A program made the translations under genes and the position numbers. A DNA stretch of 64,000 bases from an uncultured delta proteobacterium (GTDB lineage: Bacteria; Desulfobacterota; Binatia; Binatales; Binataceae): the NCBI GenBank assembly GCA_963842085.1, contig CAWJET010000001.1, positions 800,001 to 864,000 on the forward strand. Direction: 5' to 3'. Under the pieces are notes generated by a model. That model ran no database searches. It had not been told where the DNA came from and worked only from the letters and a program-made list of their open reading frames with translations. Positions 10,372 through 18,944 of the stretch are shown piece after piece. Every line of letters begins with the position of its first letter. Position 1 is the first letter of the stretch.

Positions 10372-10395
10372 ACAAATCGATTTGTAACTCTTACA
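10372..10395. promoter_or_regulatory. palindromic operator/enhancer-like sites
   Basis: Perfect 14-bp palindrome ACAAATCGATTTGT overlapping TGTAA-N3-TTACA. Confidence 0.45.
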
Positions 10396-10550
10396 GCATC
10401 GCTGATTCGCTACTTCAAGTTCGATTCTGTCCGCGTACTTCTTGATTGCCGCCTCCCGCAGCTTGGGGATGTTCCGCCAGCCGCGAGCCCTGCGTCGTGC
10501 GCGACAGCACCGGCTCGCACATCATGTCGCATCACTCGGCTCGCAGTTCT

Positions 10551-10589
10551 TCCCCTCTCCCTGCAAGGGAGAGGATGAAGGTGAGGGTC
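10551..10589. repeat. CCCTCTCC/GGAGAGG palindromic intergenic repeat
   Basis: TCCCCTCTCCCTGCAAGGGAGAGGATGAAGGTGAGGGTC. Confidence 0.6.
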
Positions 10590-10765
10590 ATTATACAGCG
10601 CGCTCTTTTGCGCGCGATTCAAGATTCTGCCTCTTCTCTGAACTCGTATCCGGGGTTATGCAAAGCTCCCTTGTCCGAGGGGAGGTTAGGATCCGCCCGC
10701 CTGCTTTGCGATCCGCCTCTGGAATCCTTTACCGCTCCAACGCAAGATAACCCTGTAGCCATCCC

Positions 10766-11788
10766 GTGAAACTCTCGATCATCGACCAATGTCCTGTTCC
10801 CGCCGGCTTCACTACTGCCGACGCGCTGCGCAACACTATCGAGCTGGCGCGACTTGCCGATCGGCTCGGCTACGAGCGCTACTGGATCGCCGAGCATCAT
10901 GCGACCGGCGCCTTTGCCAGTCCCGCGCCCGAGATCATGATCGCGCGCGTCGCAGCCGAAACCTCGCACATCCGGGTCGGCTCGGGCGGCGTGATGCTGC
11001 CGCATTACAGCCCGATGAAAGTCGCGGAGACCTTCCGCGTATTGCACGCGCTTTATCCCGGCCGCATCGATCTCGGCATCGGCCGCGCGCCCGGCGGCAG
11101 CCCGCTCGATTCATTCGCGCTGCGCCGCGATCGCAGCGCCCAGCCGACCGAAGACGACTTCCCCAAGCAACTGCTCGAGCTGCTCGCCTTTCTGCACGGC
11201 GGCTTTCGCCCCGATCATGTTTTCAGCCGCATCGAGCTTTCACCCGCGATGCCCGGTGCGCCCGACGTGTGGCTGCTGGGCTCGAGCATGTGGAGCGCGG
11301 CCGCGGCGGCGCAGCTCGGATTGCCTTACGCCTTCGCGCACTTCATCGACCCGACACACACGCGCGCCGCGATCGAGTACTACCGCTCGCACTTCATTCG
11401 CTCGAATGAACTTTCCGCGCCGGTCGCCATCTTAGGAATCGGCGCGATATGCGCACCCACCGACGCCGAGGCCGATCGCATGGCGTCGAGCGTGAGGCTA
11501 TTCAGGCGTCGTGCGCAACGGGGTGATCGCGGACCAATTCCCACGCCGGAGGATGCGCTCGCGGAGCTGGGACCCGGGCCGTTACCCGCTGACGTGACCA
11601 GGCGCGAGACCGGCGAGTGGCCCCGCGCGATCATCGGGACGCCCGCCCACGTCCGCGACACGTTGGTGGATATCGCGAGCGTGTTGCACCTCGACGAAGT
11701 GATGCTCGTGACGGTCGTCCACGACCATCAGGCGCGGATGCGCTCCTATGAGCTCCTCGCCAAGGCCTTCAACCTCACGCCGCGCTGA
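10766..11788 (+). CDS. LLM class flavin-dependent oxidoreductase (luciferase-like)
   Basis: YWIAEHH, RVGSGGVMLPHYSP and GRIDLGIGRAPG motifs. Confidence 0.95.
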   Translation: MKLSIIDQCPVPAGFTTADALRNTIELARLADRLGYERYWIAEHHATGAFASPAPEIMIARVAAETSHIRVGSGGVMLPHYSPMKVAETFRVLHALYPGRIDLGIGRAPGGSPLDSFALRRDRSAQPTEDDFPKQLLELLAFLHGGFRPDHVFSRIELSPAMPGAPDVWLLGSSMWSAAAAAQLGLPYAFAHFIDPTHTRAAIEYYRSHFIRSNELSAPVAILGIGAICAPTDAEADRMASSVRLFRRRAQRGDRGPIPTPEDALAELGPGPLPADVTRRETGEWPRAIIGTPAHVRDTLVDIASVLHLDEVMLVTVVHDHQARMRSYELLAKAFNLTPR

Positions 11789-11792
11789 ATCG

Positions 11793-12932
11793 CTAGCCGA
11801 CCGCGCGGATGCTCTCGACGATTCCCCGGCGCGCAAAATTTGCCGCCGGGATCGAGCCCGCTACGACGCCAATTAACACCGCCAGCGCCATCGCTCGCGC
11901 AAGGACCGCCGGCGGAAGAATCGCAAACAGATCAACCGGACCGAGCGGCAGCATGGAACCGGGTATCAGCTTCGCCATCGCAAATGCGGCCGCGCATCCC
12001 GCGATTCCCCCCGCGAGTCCTATCGCGGTCGATTCGGTCAGCGTCAGCGCGACGATCAGCGACGGCCCAAAGCCCAGCACCCGCATGACCGCTATCTCGC
12101 CGCGCCGCTCACGCATCGCCATCACCATCGTATTCAGCGCCACCAGTGACATCGCGAACACCACCGCGCCGGCCACGGTGCTGAGAATAAGCAACAGCGT
12201 TCTGAGATCGAAAAACGACGACACCCAACTCGCCTCGGACGCGCTGTAGGTCTCGGCCGACGAATTGGCAAAGGTCTCGTCGATGCTAGCGATAGCCGCC
12301 GGCACGTCCTGCTTGCGGTCCGCAATCGCGTAGTAGGCATTGACCCTGGCTCCGGCGCCGAGAACTTCATCCAGATAGTCGCGTCGAAACAGCAGCGTGT
12401 CAGGAGGAGCCCCATCCCCTAGTTGATCGGCGATCACCAGGCTGACATCGGTCGAATACACGGTGCCTTTCAGAATTATGTGTTCGCCGATCTTCCACCC
12501 GTACTTGTGCATCATCGCGGGCGACACCAGGCAGCCCGTCCGCGTACGCTGGAATAGGGCCGCACGCTCGCGAGCAATCCCCCAATCCGGCCACAAAGTC
12601 CCGGCCGCATCAGCATCGACGGCAATGCCGATCTGATCGCTTGGCGAGCGGTAGATGCCGCCAAAATAGGTCAGCGCGGAAACGGCCTCGATATGCGGGA
12701 TGGCCTCGATCTTCTGCCGGTATGCGGCGGGCAGCGGGTAAAAGAATCCGGACTTGTTCATCGCGACCAGGCGGCGCTCCGAGGTCGGACTGCTCACGAG
12801 ATGCGACACCAGGTAGGGCAGACTCGCCATGGTCGAGTAGGTGAAAACCGCCAGCGCGATCGCGAAGATCGTCAAGGTGGTGCGCCGGACGTTGCGCGAG
12901 AGATTTCGCCATACGAGCCGCGCGTATTTCAT
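11793..12932 (-). CDS. ABC transporter permease, MacB/FtsX family
   Basis: WRNLSRNVRRTTLT N-terminus, large periplasmic loop, ERRGEIAVMRVLGF motif and C-terminal TM helices. Confidence 0.9.
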   Translation of the reverse strand: MKYARLVWRNLSRNVRRTTLTIFAIALAVFTYSTMASLPYLVSHLVSSPTSERRLVAMNKSGFFYPLPAAYRQKIEAIPHIEAVSALTYFGGIYRSPSDQIGIAVDADAAGTLWPDWGIARERAALFQRTRTGCLVSPAMMHKYGWKIGEHIILKGTVYSTDVSLVIADQLGDGAPPDTLLFRRDYLDEVLGAGARVNAYYAIADRKQDVPAAIASIDETFANSSAETYSASEASWVSSFFDLRTLLLILSTVAGAVVFAMSLVALNTMVMAMRERRGEIAVMRVLGFGPSLIVALTLTESTAIGLAGGIAGCAAAFAMAKLIPGSMLPLGPVDLFAILPPAVLARAMALAVLIGVVAGSIPAANFARRGIVESIRAVG

Positions 12933-13000
12933 TATTTCACTGGGCCGTCCCGCTCGGTTTCGGCACGACTCCAGATCTACACCCGAAACCGGGCTTTCTA

Positions 13001-13630
13001 CTAGGACGGATCCCGCAGGAACCAGGCGACGATAGTGAATCGCTCACCGAACTTCACGGGCCTGACCTCATGCTTTTGGTTGGAGTCGTAAGCGAGCAAG
13101 AGGCCGGGCGTCGCCTCGAGCGGAAATCCGAACTTCTGCCACTTCGGGTCGTCGATCAAGCCGTACAAGACCAGCTCGCCGCCGCCGTAGCCATAGCCGA
13201 GCGCCGGATCTTGCACCGAGGGATTGAGAAAAACTACGACAGAGACCGCGCGCCTGTGTATTTCGAGCGGCGAGGTGGGGCGGGAGTCGCGATGCGGCAC
13301 GTGAAAACCGCCTTCGCCGTACCTGAGAAAGTTAGGGCCTTCGCATTCGCTCAAGCGAACATTGAAATGCCGCTCAAGTTTTGGCCGCACCTTTTCCAGC
13401 CGGTCGGAAATTTCCAATTCTGTCGCTGCGCTGATTTGCGTGTGCCATACCTTGCGCAGCGATTCGTCCACAGCGCCGCCCAATTCGCGCACATCGCGGC
13501 CGCCTACTACGATGCCCTTTTCGGCCGCGGCCGCCCGCGTCTCTGCTACAATGCGAGCGCAGGTAGCAGCGTCCAGAAATTCAGCATCAACGAACAGTCC
13601 GAGTTTCCGGAAGAGACCAGCGTCGGGCAT
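13001..13630 (-). CDS. 2OG-Fe(II) oxygenase
   Basis: H-x-D (HRD), GGELV, and HEVRPV...GERFTIVAW distal His/Arg motif. Confidence 0.9.
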   Translation of the reverse strand: MPDAGLFRKLGLFVDAEFLDAATCARIVAETRAAAAEKGIVVGGRDVRELGGAVDESLRKVWHTQISAATELEISDRLEKVRPKLERHFNVRLSECEGPNFLRYGEGGFHVPHRDSRPTSPLEIHRRAVSVVVFLNPSVQDPALGYGYGGGELVLYGLIDDPKWQKFGFPLEATPGLLLAYDSNQKHEVRPVKFGERFTIVAWFLRDPS

Positions 13631-13815
13631 TTTTTGCGCTTCACCGCGATCGAAATTCCGTGCTCGGCTGAAATATACAACGCCGGCACGGTTCTTTGCG
13701 ATGATTTCAGGTGGCGCCAACCGCAGCATCGAGCTGATCGCTGCCGATGCGGCCGCGGGCCTGACGCCGACGCAATTCAGCCCGATGCTGAAGCGCCCCC
13801 CTGACCGTGTTGGAC

Positions 13816-14370
13816 TCAGTAGGCGACGAATCCGCCGTTCTCGATCAGCTTGACCGGCTCGCCTTCGACTTCTTTCGGCGCGGCCGCTTCCGCCTCGGGC
13901 GTCATCTGCTTGAGATAAACCACGATTGAGGGCTGACCGGGCTGGTCACTCACCCCTATTGCGGTGCCGACGGCACCCGGGATGCTCATAAGCTGGTCCT
14001 CGTGCCGGTCACGAACCGCGGTCGCCGCCGTGACGGCCTCCTTCGACACGCCCACCTCCCCGGCCGCGACTTCTGCATTCGCGGCGTCAGACGCGAGCGC
14101 AGCGGTGCAAGTGCCAACCATCGAAACGCCCAGCGCGCTCAGCACGTTGGAAATTGGATTGGCTATCGTGACGGTTCCGTCAGCCGAGCCCGCAAAGAGC
14201 AAAGCGACCGCCTGGGGGCAATCATCCTGGGTTAGGATTAGCGATCCAGAGTCGCCTGGTTCACTGAACGTACTAGTGCTGCCAGTTATGGTAATCTGGT
14301 TGATGAATTTAGCGTATTTCGGCTTCTTTGGATTGTCGGAGTAGTTTACCTTCAAGTTACACCAACCGGC
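13816..14370 (-). pseudogene. 5'-truncated duplicate of the adjacent trypsin-like protease (C-terminal half only)
   Basis: Paralogous to the C-terminal half of 14509..15609 (GDSGSLI, CPQAV, RDRHED.LM.IPG, GGFVAY). It lacks the signal peptide and catalytic His/Asp, and the frame breaks near 14360. Confidence 0.75.
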
Positions 14371-14508
14371 GAGGGTTTACTAGCAGGAGCACGCTGATGC
14401 ACATAACCGCGAGCTAACGCGCGTCCAGCGATGCCTCGCACGCTCATCGCAACGCCCACGCTGGTGGACGCCGACGTGAGCGTCTTGGATAGCGCGCGAA
14501 GGGATGCC

Positions 14509-15609
14509 TCAGTAGGCGACGAATCCGCCGCTTTCGATCAGTTTTACAGGCAGGCCTTCGACCTGTTTAGGCGCAGCCGCTTGAGCCTGGGGTGTCATCC
14601 TCTTGACGTAGACTATGATCGCGGGTTGATCGGGCTGATCGCCGATCCCGACTCCGGTGCCGGCGCCCGGGATGCGCATGAGCTCGTCTTCGTGCCGGTC
14701 GCGAACCGCCGTGGCCGATGCGACGACATCCTTGGACATACCAACATTACCGGCCTCCAGATCATCAGCTTGCGCGGTGTTGGATGCGGCCCCAGCGGTG
14801 CAACCGCCCACCATTGTAACGTTCAGCTGGCTCAGCACTGCGGAAATCGGATTGGCTATCGTTAGAGGGGCTCCGTCATTTTCCCCGTCCGCAAACAGCA
14901 GCCCAACCGCTTGAGGGCAACTGTCTTGAGTCACGATGAGCGATCCGGAATCGCCCGCTTCGCTGAAGTCCTCCCCGCTAATAGCAATCTGGTTGATGAA
15001 TTTCGCGATTTTTTTCCCCGTGAAGCTGTAGTTTACCTTCGCGTTGACGCTGACCGCCGAAATCGTTCCGGTCGTGAGGCAGGTCGAACGGCCCATTTTC
15101 TGCACTGCCATCCCGGGCGTTGCCGTAACTACCGAGCTTGCGATCGGCCCGATATTGAGGATATCGGGGCTCACGTCTCCGGGATCCACGGCTGCAATAG
15201 CAGCATCTATAGTGTTCTTGCCGCTGAACTTGATTTTGACGGTGCGGCTGAAGGTTGCGACCGCATCACTCGGCGTCTGGGTGCAGGGTTCTGACGTGTC
15301 CACCAGGCCGGGCTGCACGATAAGCTCGCCGGGCTTAGCTTTGTTTGTGTCCGCCAGCACGTGATTGTTGCTAAGGATATATTGATTGCTGCTCTGATCC
15401 TGAACCATCGACCCCAGCGTTCCACTGAAGCAGAACAGCTCGCGATGCATCGTAAAGAAGGAGTTTATGTTTCCTCCCGAAACGCCAAGCGGAATCGGGC
15501 GAGTCAACATGGATTGTTGACTGCAATCGATCGCGCCGGCCCGCATGGACGCGGCGCCGATCGTCAACATACAAACCGCCAACGCGGCCGCTATCGTCTG
15601 ATATCTCGT
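14509..15609 (-). CDS. secreted trypsin-like serine protease (NAL1-like), probable ACG start
   Basis: Catalytic triad motifs SNNHVL, IDAAIA and GDSGS. Signal peptide (M)RYQTIAAALAVCMLTIGAASMRAGA begins at an ACG 6 nt after GGGGAG. Confidence 0.8.
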   Translation of the reverse strand, partial: TRYQTIAAALAVCMLTIGAASMRAGAIDCSQQSMLTRPIPLGVSGGNINSFFTMHRELFCFSGTLGSMVQDQSSNQYILSNNHVLADTNKAKPGELIVQPGLVDTSEPCTQTPSDAVATFSRTVKIKFSGKNTIDAAIAAVDPGDVSPDILNIGPIASSVVTATPGMAVQKMGRSTCLTTGTISAVSVNAKVNYSFTGKKIAKFINQIAISGEDFSEAGDSGSLIVTQDSCPQAVGLLFADGENDGAPLTIANPISAVLSQLNVTMVGGCTAGAASNTAQADDLEAGNVGMSKDVVASATAVRDRHEDELMRIPGAGTGVGIGDQPDQPAIIVYVKRMTPQAQAAAPKQVEGLPVKLIESGGFVAY

Positions 15610-15784
15610 AGCCGTCTCCCCTATTTAAATCGAAGTCCTGACTTCTCTACATTATGTAGGCAGATTTACGCCGGAGAGCAAAATTCTACTCTGGAAGACG
15701 CGCCGATGCACGCTAACCGTGCGCTAACACGCGTAACCGAGGAATCAAATTAGAATTTGCCTACATTTGCCTACAAATGAACGT

Positions 15785-17176
15785 CTAGATTGGGGGATGC
15801 TTGTCCTTCCAGGGGCGGGCGCGTTCGAACTCGGCTGCCAGCGCGATTATGCCGGCCTCGTCGCCGGGGCGGCCGACGATTTGAAGCGCTAGCGGCAGGC
15901 CCGCCTTGCTGAATCCGTTGGGAATCGAAATGGCCGGCTGACCCGTAGAGTTGAACGGGAACGTAAATGCGATCCAGCCGTAAATTTCATCCGCGGCCGT
16001 GTCGGAACTCGACGGCAAGGTGCCAAGCCGCACTGCGGGGCGGGTCAGTGTCGGGGCCAGCAGCGCGTCGTATGGCATCAGCGCGTGGACGATTTCGCGC
16101 GACGTGTTGTGCATCGCGGTTACCGCGCGGATGTAGTCGGCGGCGGAAATTTTGGCGCCCCATTCGTAGCTGCCGCGCACCACGGGATCGAGCAGGTCCG
16201 GGTTCGGGATATTCAGCGCCGACACGGACGCACCGACGATCACGCGCGCGTACTTGCAGAGCATCGCGCCCGGATCGAGGGTCAAAGGCTCGATGTTATG
16301 TCCCATCTCACGAAACACGGCGCAGGCGGACTCGAGCGCGGCCAGAGTTTCCGCGTCCACCGGGCCGAGCGCGCTTTTATTGATAACCGCGAGCCGAAGT
16401 TTCTTCGGATGCGCCTTAACTTCCTCGACGAATGGACGCGCAGGCGGCCGCGCCGCGTACGGGTCGCCCGGCATCATTCCCGCCATCGCGTCGAGCATCA
16501 ACGCCGCGTCGCGGACCGTGCGCGCGATCGGGCCGGTGGTCGAAAGTCCAGCCCATCCTTCGCCCTCCGACGGTGCGCGCGTGATTCGTCCGCGCGACGG
16601 CTTGATCCCGACCAGCCCGCAGCAGGCAGACGGGATTCGCACCGAGCCACCGCCGTCGCTGCCCTGCGCCACGGGATGCAATCCGGCGGCGACCGCCGAT
16701 GCCGATCCGCCGCTGGAGCCGCCGGCAGTGTGTTCAAGGTTCCAGGGATTGCGCGCCGGCGGACAGAGACCGCCCTCGGTGGTCGGGCGCAGGCCGAACT
16801 CGGGCGTGGTCGTCTTGCCGAGCAGGATACCGCCGGAACCGGCAAGCCGCACGGCAAGTTCTGCGTCGGCCGGCGCGTGCCAGTGCTCGTAGTTCTTCGA
16901 GCCGAAGGTGGTGCGGATATCCTTCGTCCAGGTCAGATCCTTCAGCGAATACGCGACGCCGAACAGCGGCAGCCTGGCCGCATCGGAGGCATTCATCTTC
17001 TCGAGCCGCGCCGCATCGGCAAGCGCGCGCGCGGCGGTTACGGTCATGAACGCGCCGAGCCTGGGATTCAGCTTTTCGACGCGCGCAAGAAAAAATTCGG
17101 CAACCTCGCGCGGCCGAACTTCCTTCTTACGGACAAGCTCGCGCAACTCGTGTGCCTCGACGTATGGATTGAGCAT
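15785..17176 (-). CDS. amidase signature family protein
   Basis: SLKDL, GKTTTPEF, GGSSGGS and GSDGGGSVRIP (Ser-cisSer-Lys triad). Confidence 0.95.
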   Translation of the reverse strand: MLNPYVEAHELRELVRKKEVRPREVAEFFLARVEKLNPRLGAFMTVTAARALADAARLEKMNASDAARLPLFGVAYSLKDLTWTKDIRTTFGSKNYEHWHAPADAELAVRLAGSGGILLGKTTTPEFGLRPTTEGGLCPPARNPWNLEHTAGGSSGGSASAVAAGLHPVAQGSDGGGSVRIPSACCGLVGIKPSRGRITRAPSEGEGWAGLSTTGPIARTVRDAALMLDAMAGMMPGDPYAARPPARPFVEEVKAHPKKLRLAVINKSALGPVDAETLAALESACAVFREMGHNIEPLTLDPGAMLCKYARVIVGASVSALNIPNPDLLDPVVRGSYEWGAKISAADYIRAVTAMHNTSREIVHALMPYDALLAPTLTRPAVRLGTLPSSSDTAADEIYGWIAFTFPFNSTGQPAISIPNGFSKAGLPLALQIVGRPGDEAGIIALAAEFERARPWKDKHPPI

Positions 17177-17264
17177 CGCGTTACCCTCCGACTAGGAAAT
17201 TTGTAGTTAGCTCAAAACCAGGCCGCCCGCCAACGCGGGCGCCGCGGAGTGCAATTCGAGGCGG

Positions 17265-17774
17265 TTGCGGGTTAGTCTGTTTGCGATTTGTCAAGCGGAG
17301 ACCTTGCGATTGTTTGGTTCTGCGATTCTTTGGACGCATGCTGCCGCGGGCGCGATTTGGGTTGGCGCCTGCGCCTGCTTCGTGATCGCGGGACTTGCGC
17401 TTTCTGCGGGAAGCATCGAGCAGCGAAACTTTGTCGAGCGCGCGGCGCCCAAGATCGATATCCTTGGGGTCGTTGCGGCGGCGGTGTTGCTGGTTACGGG
17501 GTTCTTCAACGTCATGACGGCGGGCATTGCGCGACGTTTCGTGTTCTCGGCCACCTTCACTACCGTGCTTGCCGTCAAGATTGCGTTGTTTATCGTTATG
17601 CTCGTCGTGATGACGTGGTCGATGAGAGTCGGCGCAGTGATCAGGGCGGTCGTTGGGCGCGGGCGCGTCGATGCGGTGCCGGGCGCGATGACTCGGATGG
17701 TGCGGGCGCACGCCGCGATCATCGCGATGGGCGCGCTCGCGCTAATACTGGGAACCTGGCTGGTGGGAAGTTGA
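17265..17774 (+). CDS. four-TM membrane protein (CopD/DUF4149-like)
   Basis: LWTHAAAGAIWVG, LLVTGFFN and VLAVKIALF hydrophobic helices. Confidence 0.7.
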   Translation: MRVSLFAICQAETLRLFGSAILWTHAAAGAIWVGACACFVIAGLALSAGSIEQRNFVERAAPKIDILGVVAAAVLLVTGFFNVMTAGIARRFVFSATFTTVLAVKIALFIVMLVVMTWSMRVGAVIRAVVGRGRVDAVPGAMTRMVRAHAAIIAMGALALILGTWLVGS

Positions 17775-17783
17775 GGACGCGAG

Positions 17784-18665
17784 ATGGCTGAGACACCACC
17801 GAAGATCAAAGTCGGCGCGTTCGAGGTCGCCTTCCTGGCCGACGGGCTTTGGCGCAACGACGGCGGATGCATGTTCGGCGTCGTGCCGCGCGAACTGTGG
17901 AAGGCCAATCATCCACCCGACGAGCGCAACCGTATCCGGCTCAACCTGACCTGCCCGCTGATCATGAAAGGCGCCGACGCGATCCTGGTCGATACGGGAA
18001 TCGGCAATCGGCTGAGCGCAGTCGAGCGCCAGATCTTCGACCATGGCGACGGCTGGCTGCCGAATCATCTCCGGGCGCTCGGGATGGAGCCGGGCGACAT
18101 CACGCATCTGATCGTGTCGCATCTGCATTTCGATCATTGCGGAGGAATCGTGCGGCGGCGCGATTCGGGCGCGTTCGAAGCCGCATTTCCGCGCGCGCGA
18201 ATTTTCTTGCAGCGCGGCGAGCTCGACATCGCCGACCATCCGCGCAACGAACGGCTCCGTGCCGCGTATCGGCACACCGCGGAGGTTCTCGCGCCGGTAC
18301 GCTCGATGCTCGAAGCGATCGACGGCGACACCGACGTCGTCGCGGGCGTGCGCGCCGTCGTCACCGGCGGTCATACGCGGGACCATCAGGCGGCGCTGGT
18401 CAGCGACGGCGGCGAGTGCTTTATGCATCTGGCCGATATCGTGCCGACGCGCTCGCATATCCGCGGCCCGTGGAACCAGGCGTACGATCTCGACGCGCTG
18501 CGCACGATGGAACAGAAGGCGCACTACCTCGGGCTCGCCGCGCAGAAGCGGTGGTGGCTGTCGTTCGCGCACGACGACACCGTGTTCGCGGCGACGGTGA
18601 GGAAAGATCGCGGGCGCATCGTGCTCGGCGACACGGTGCCGGTCTCCGAAAAGTTGTTTGAGTGA
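17784..18665 (+). CDS. MBL fold metallo-hydrolase
   Basis: DGGCMFGVVP, LVDTGIG, SHLHFDHCGG, GGHT and FAHD motifs. Confidence 0.94.
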   Translation: MAETPPKIKVGAFEVAFLADGLWRNDGGCMFGVVPRELWKANHPPDERNRIRLNLTCPLIMKGADAILVDTGIGNRLSAVERQIFDHGDGWLPNHLRALGMEPGDITHLIVSHLHFDHCGGIVRRRDSGAFEAAFPRARIFLQRGELDIADHPRNERLRAAYRHTAEVLAPVRSMLEAIDGDTDVVAGVRAVVTGGHTRDHQAALVSDGGECFMHLADIVPTRSHIRGPWNQAYDLDALRTMEQKAHYLGLAAQKRWWLSFAHDDTVFAATVRKDRGRIVLGDTVPVSEKLFE

Positions 18666-18675
18666 AATTATTTTT

Positions 18676-18775
18676 TGTCATTCAGAGCGGAGTCTGCGAA
18701 GCGAAGAATCCCGGATTACGGCGCCCGCCCCCGCACTGCTTCCTGGACTCTTCGCCGCAGCGGCTCTGAATGACA
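18676..18775. repeat. 100-bp non-autonomous inverted-repeat element (left arm + spacer + right arm)
   Basis: TGTCATTCAGAGCGGAGTCTGCGAAGCGAAGAATCCCGG ... CTGGACTCTTCGCCGCAGCGGCTCTGAATGACA. Same two arm types as 20887..21277. Confidence 0.85.
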
Positions 18776-18898
18776 AGAAGCGCACGCTTGAATTTGCTCG
18801 ACTGAACCTACCTTACTTGTTGCCGATCAATGGCTCCGTTATACTCGACATGAGATGGGCTCCAGAAATAGCACGGCCCGACCGGTTCCCGCGCTTCC

Positions 18899-18914
18899 AG
18901 GCAGTAATCCTGCT
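18899..18914 (+). promoter_or_regulatory. putative sigma54 promoter of prkA
   Basis: AGGCAGTAATCCTGCT (GG-N10-GC), about 18 nt upstream of the AAGGAG RBS. Confidence 0.45.
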
Positions 18915-18944
18915 CAACATTCTATAACCCGAAGGAGATAGCCG

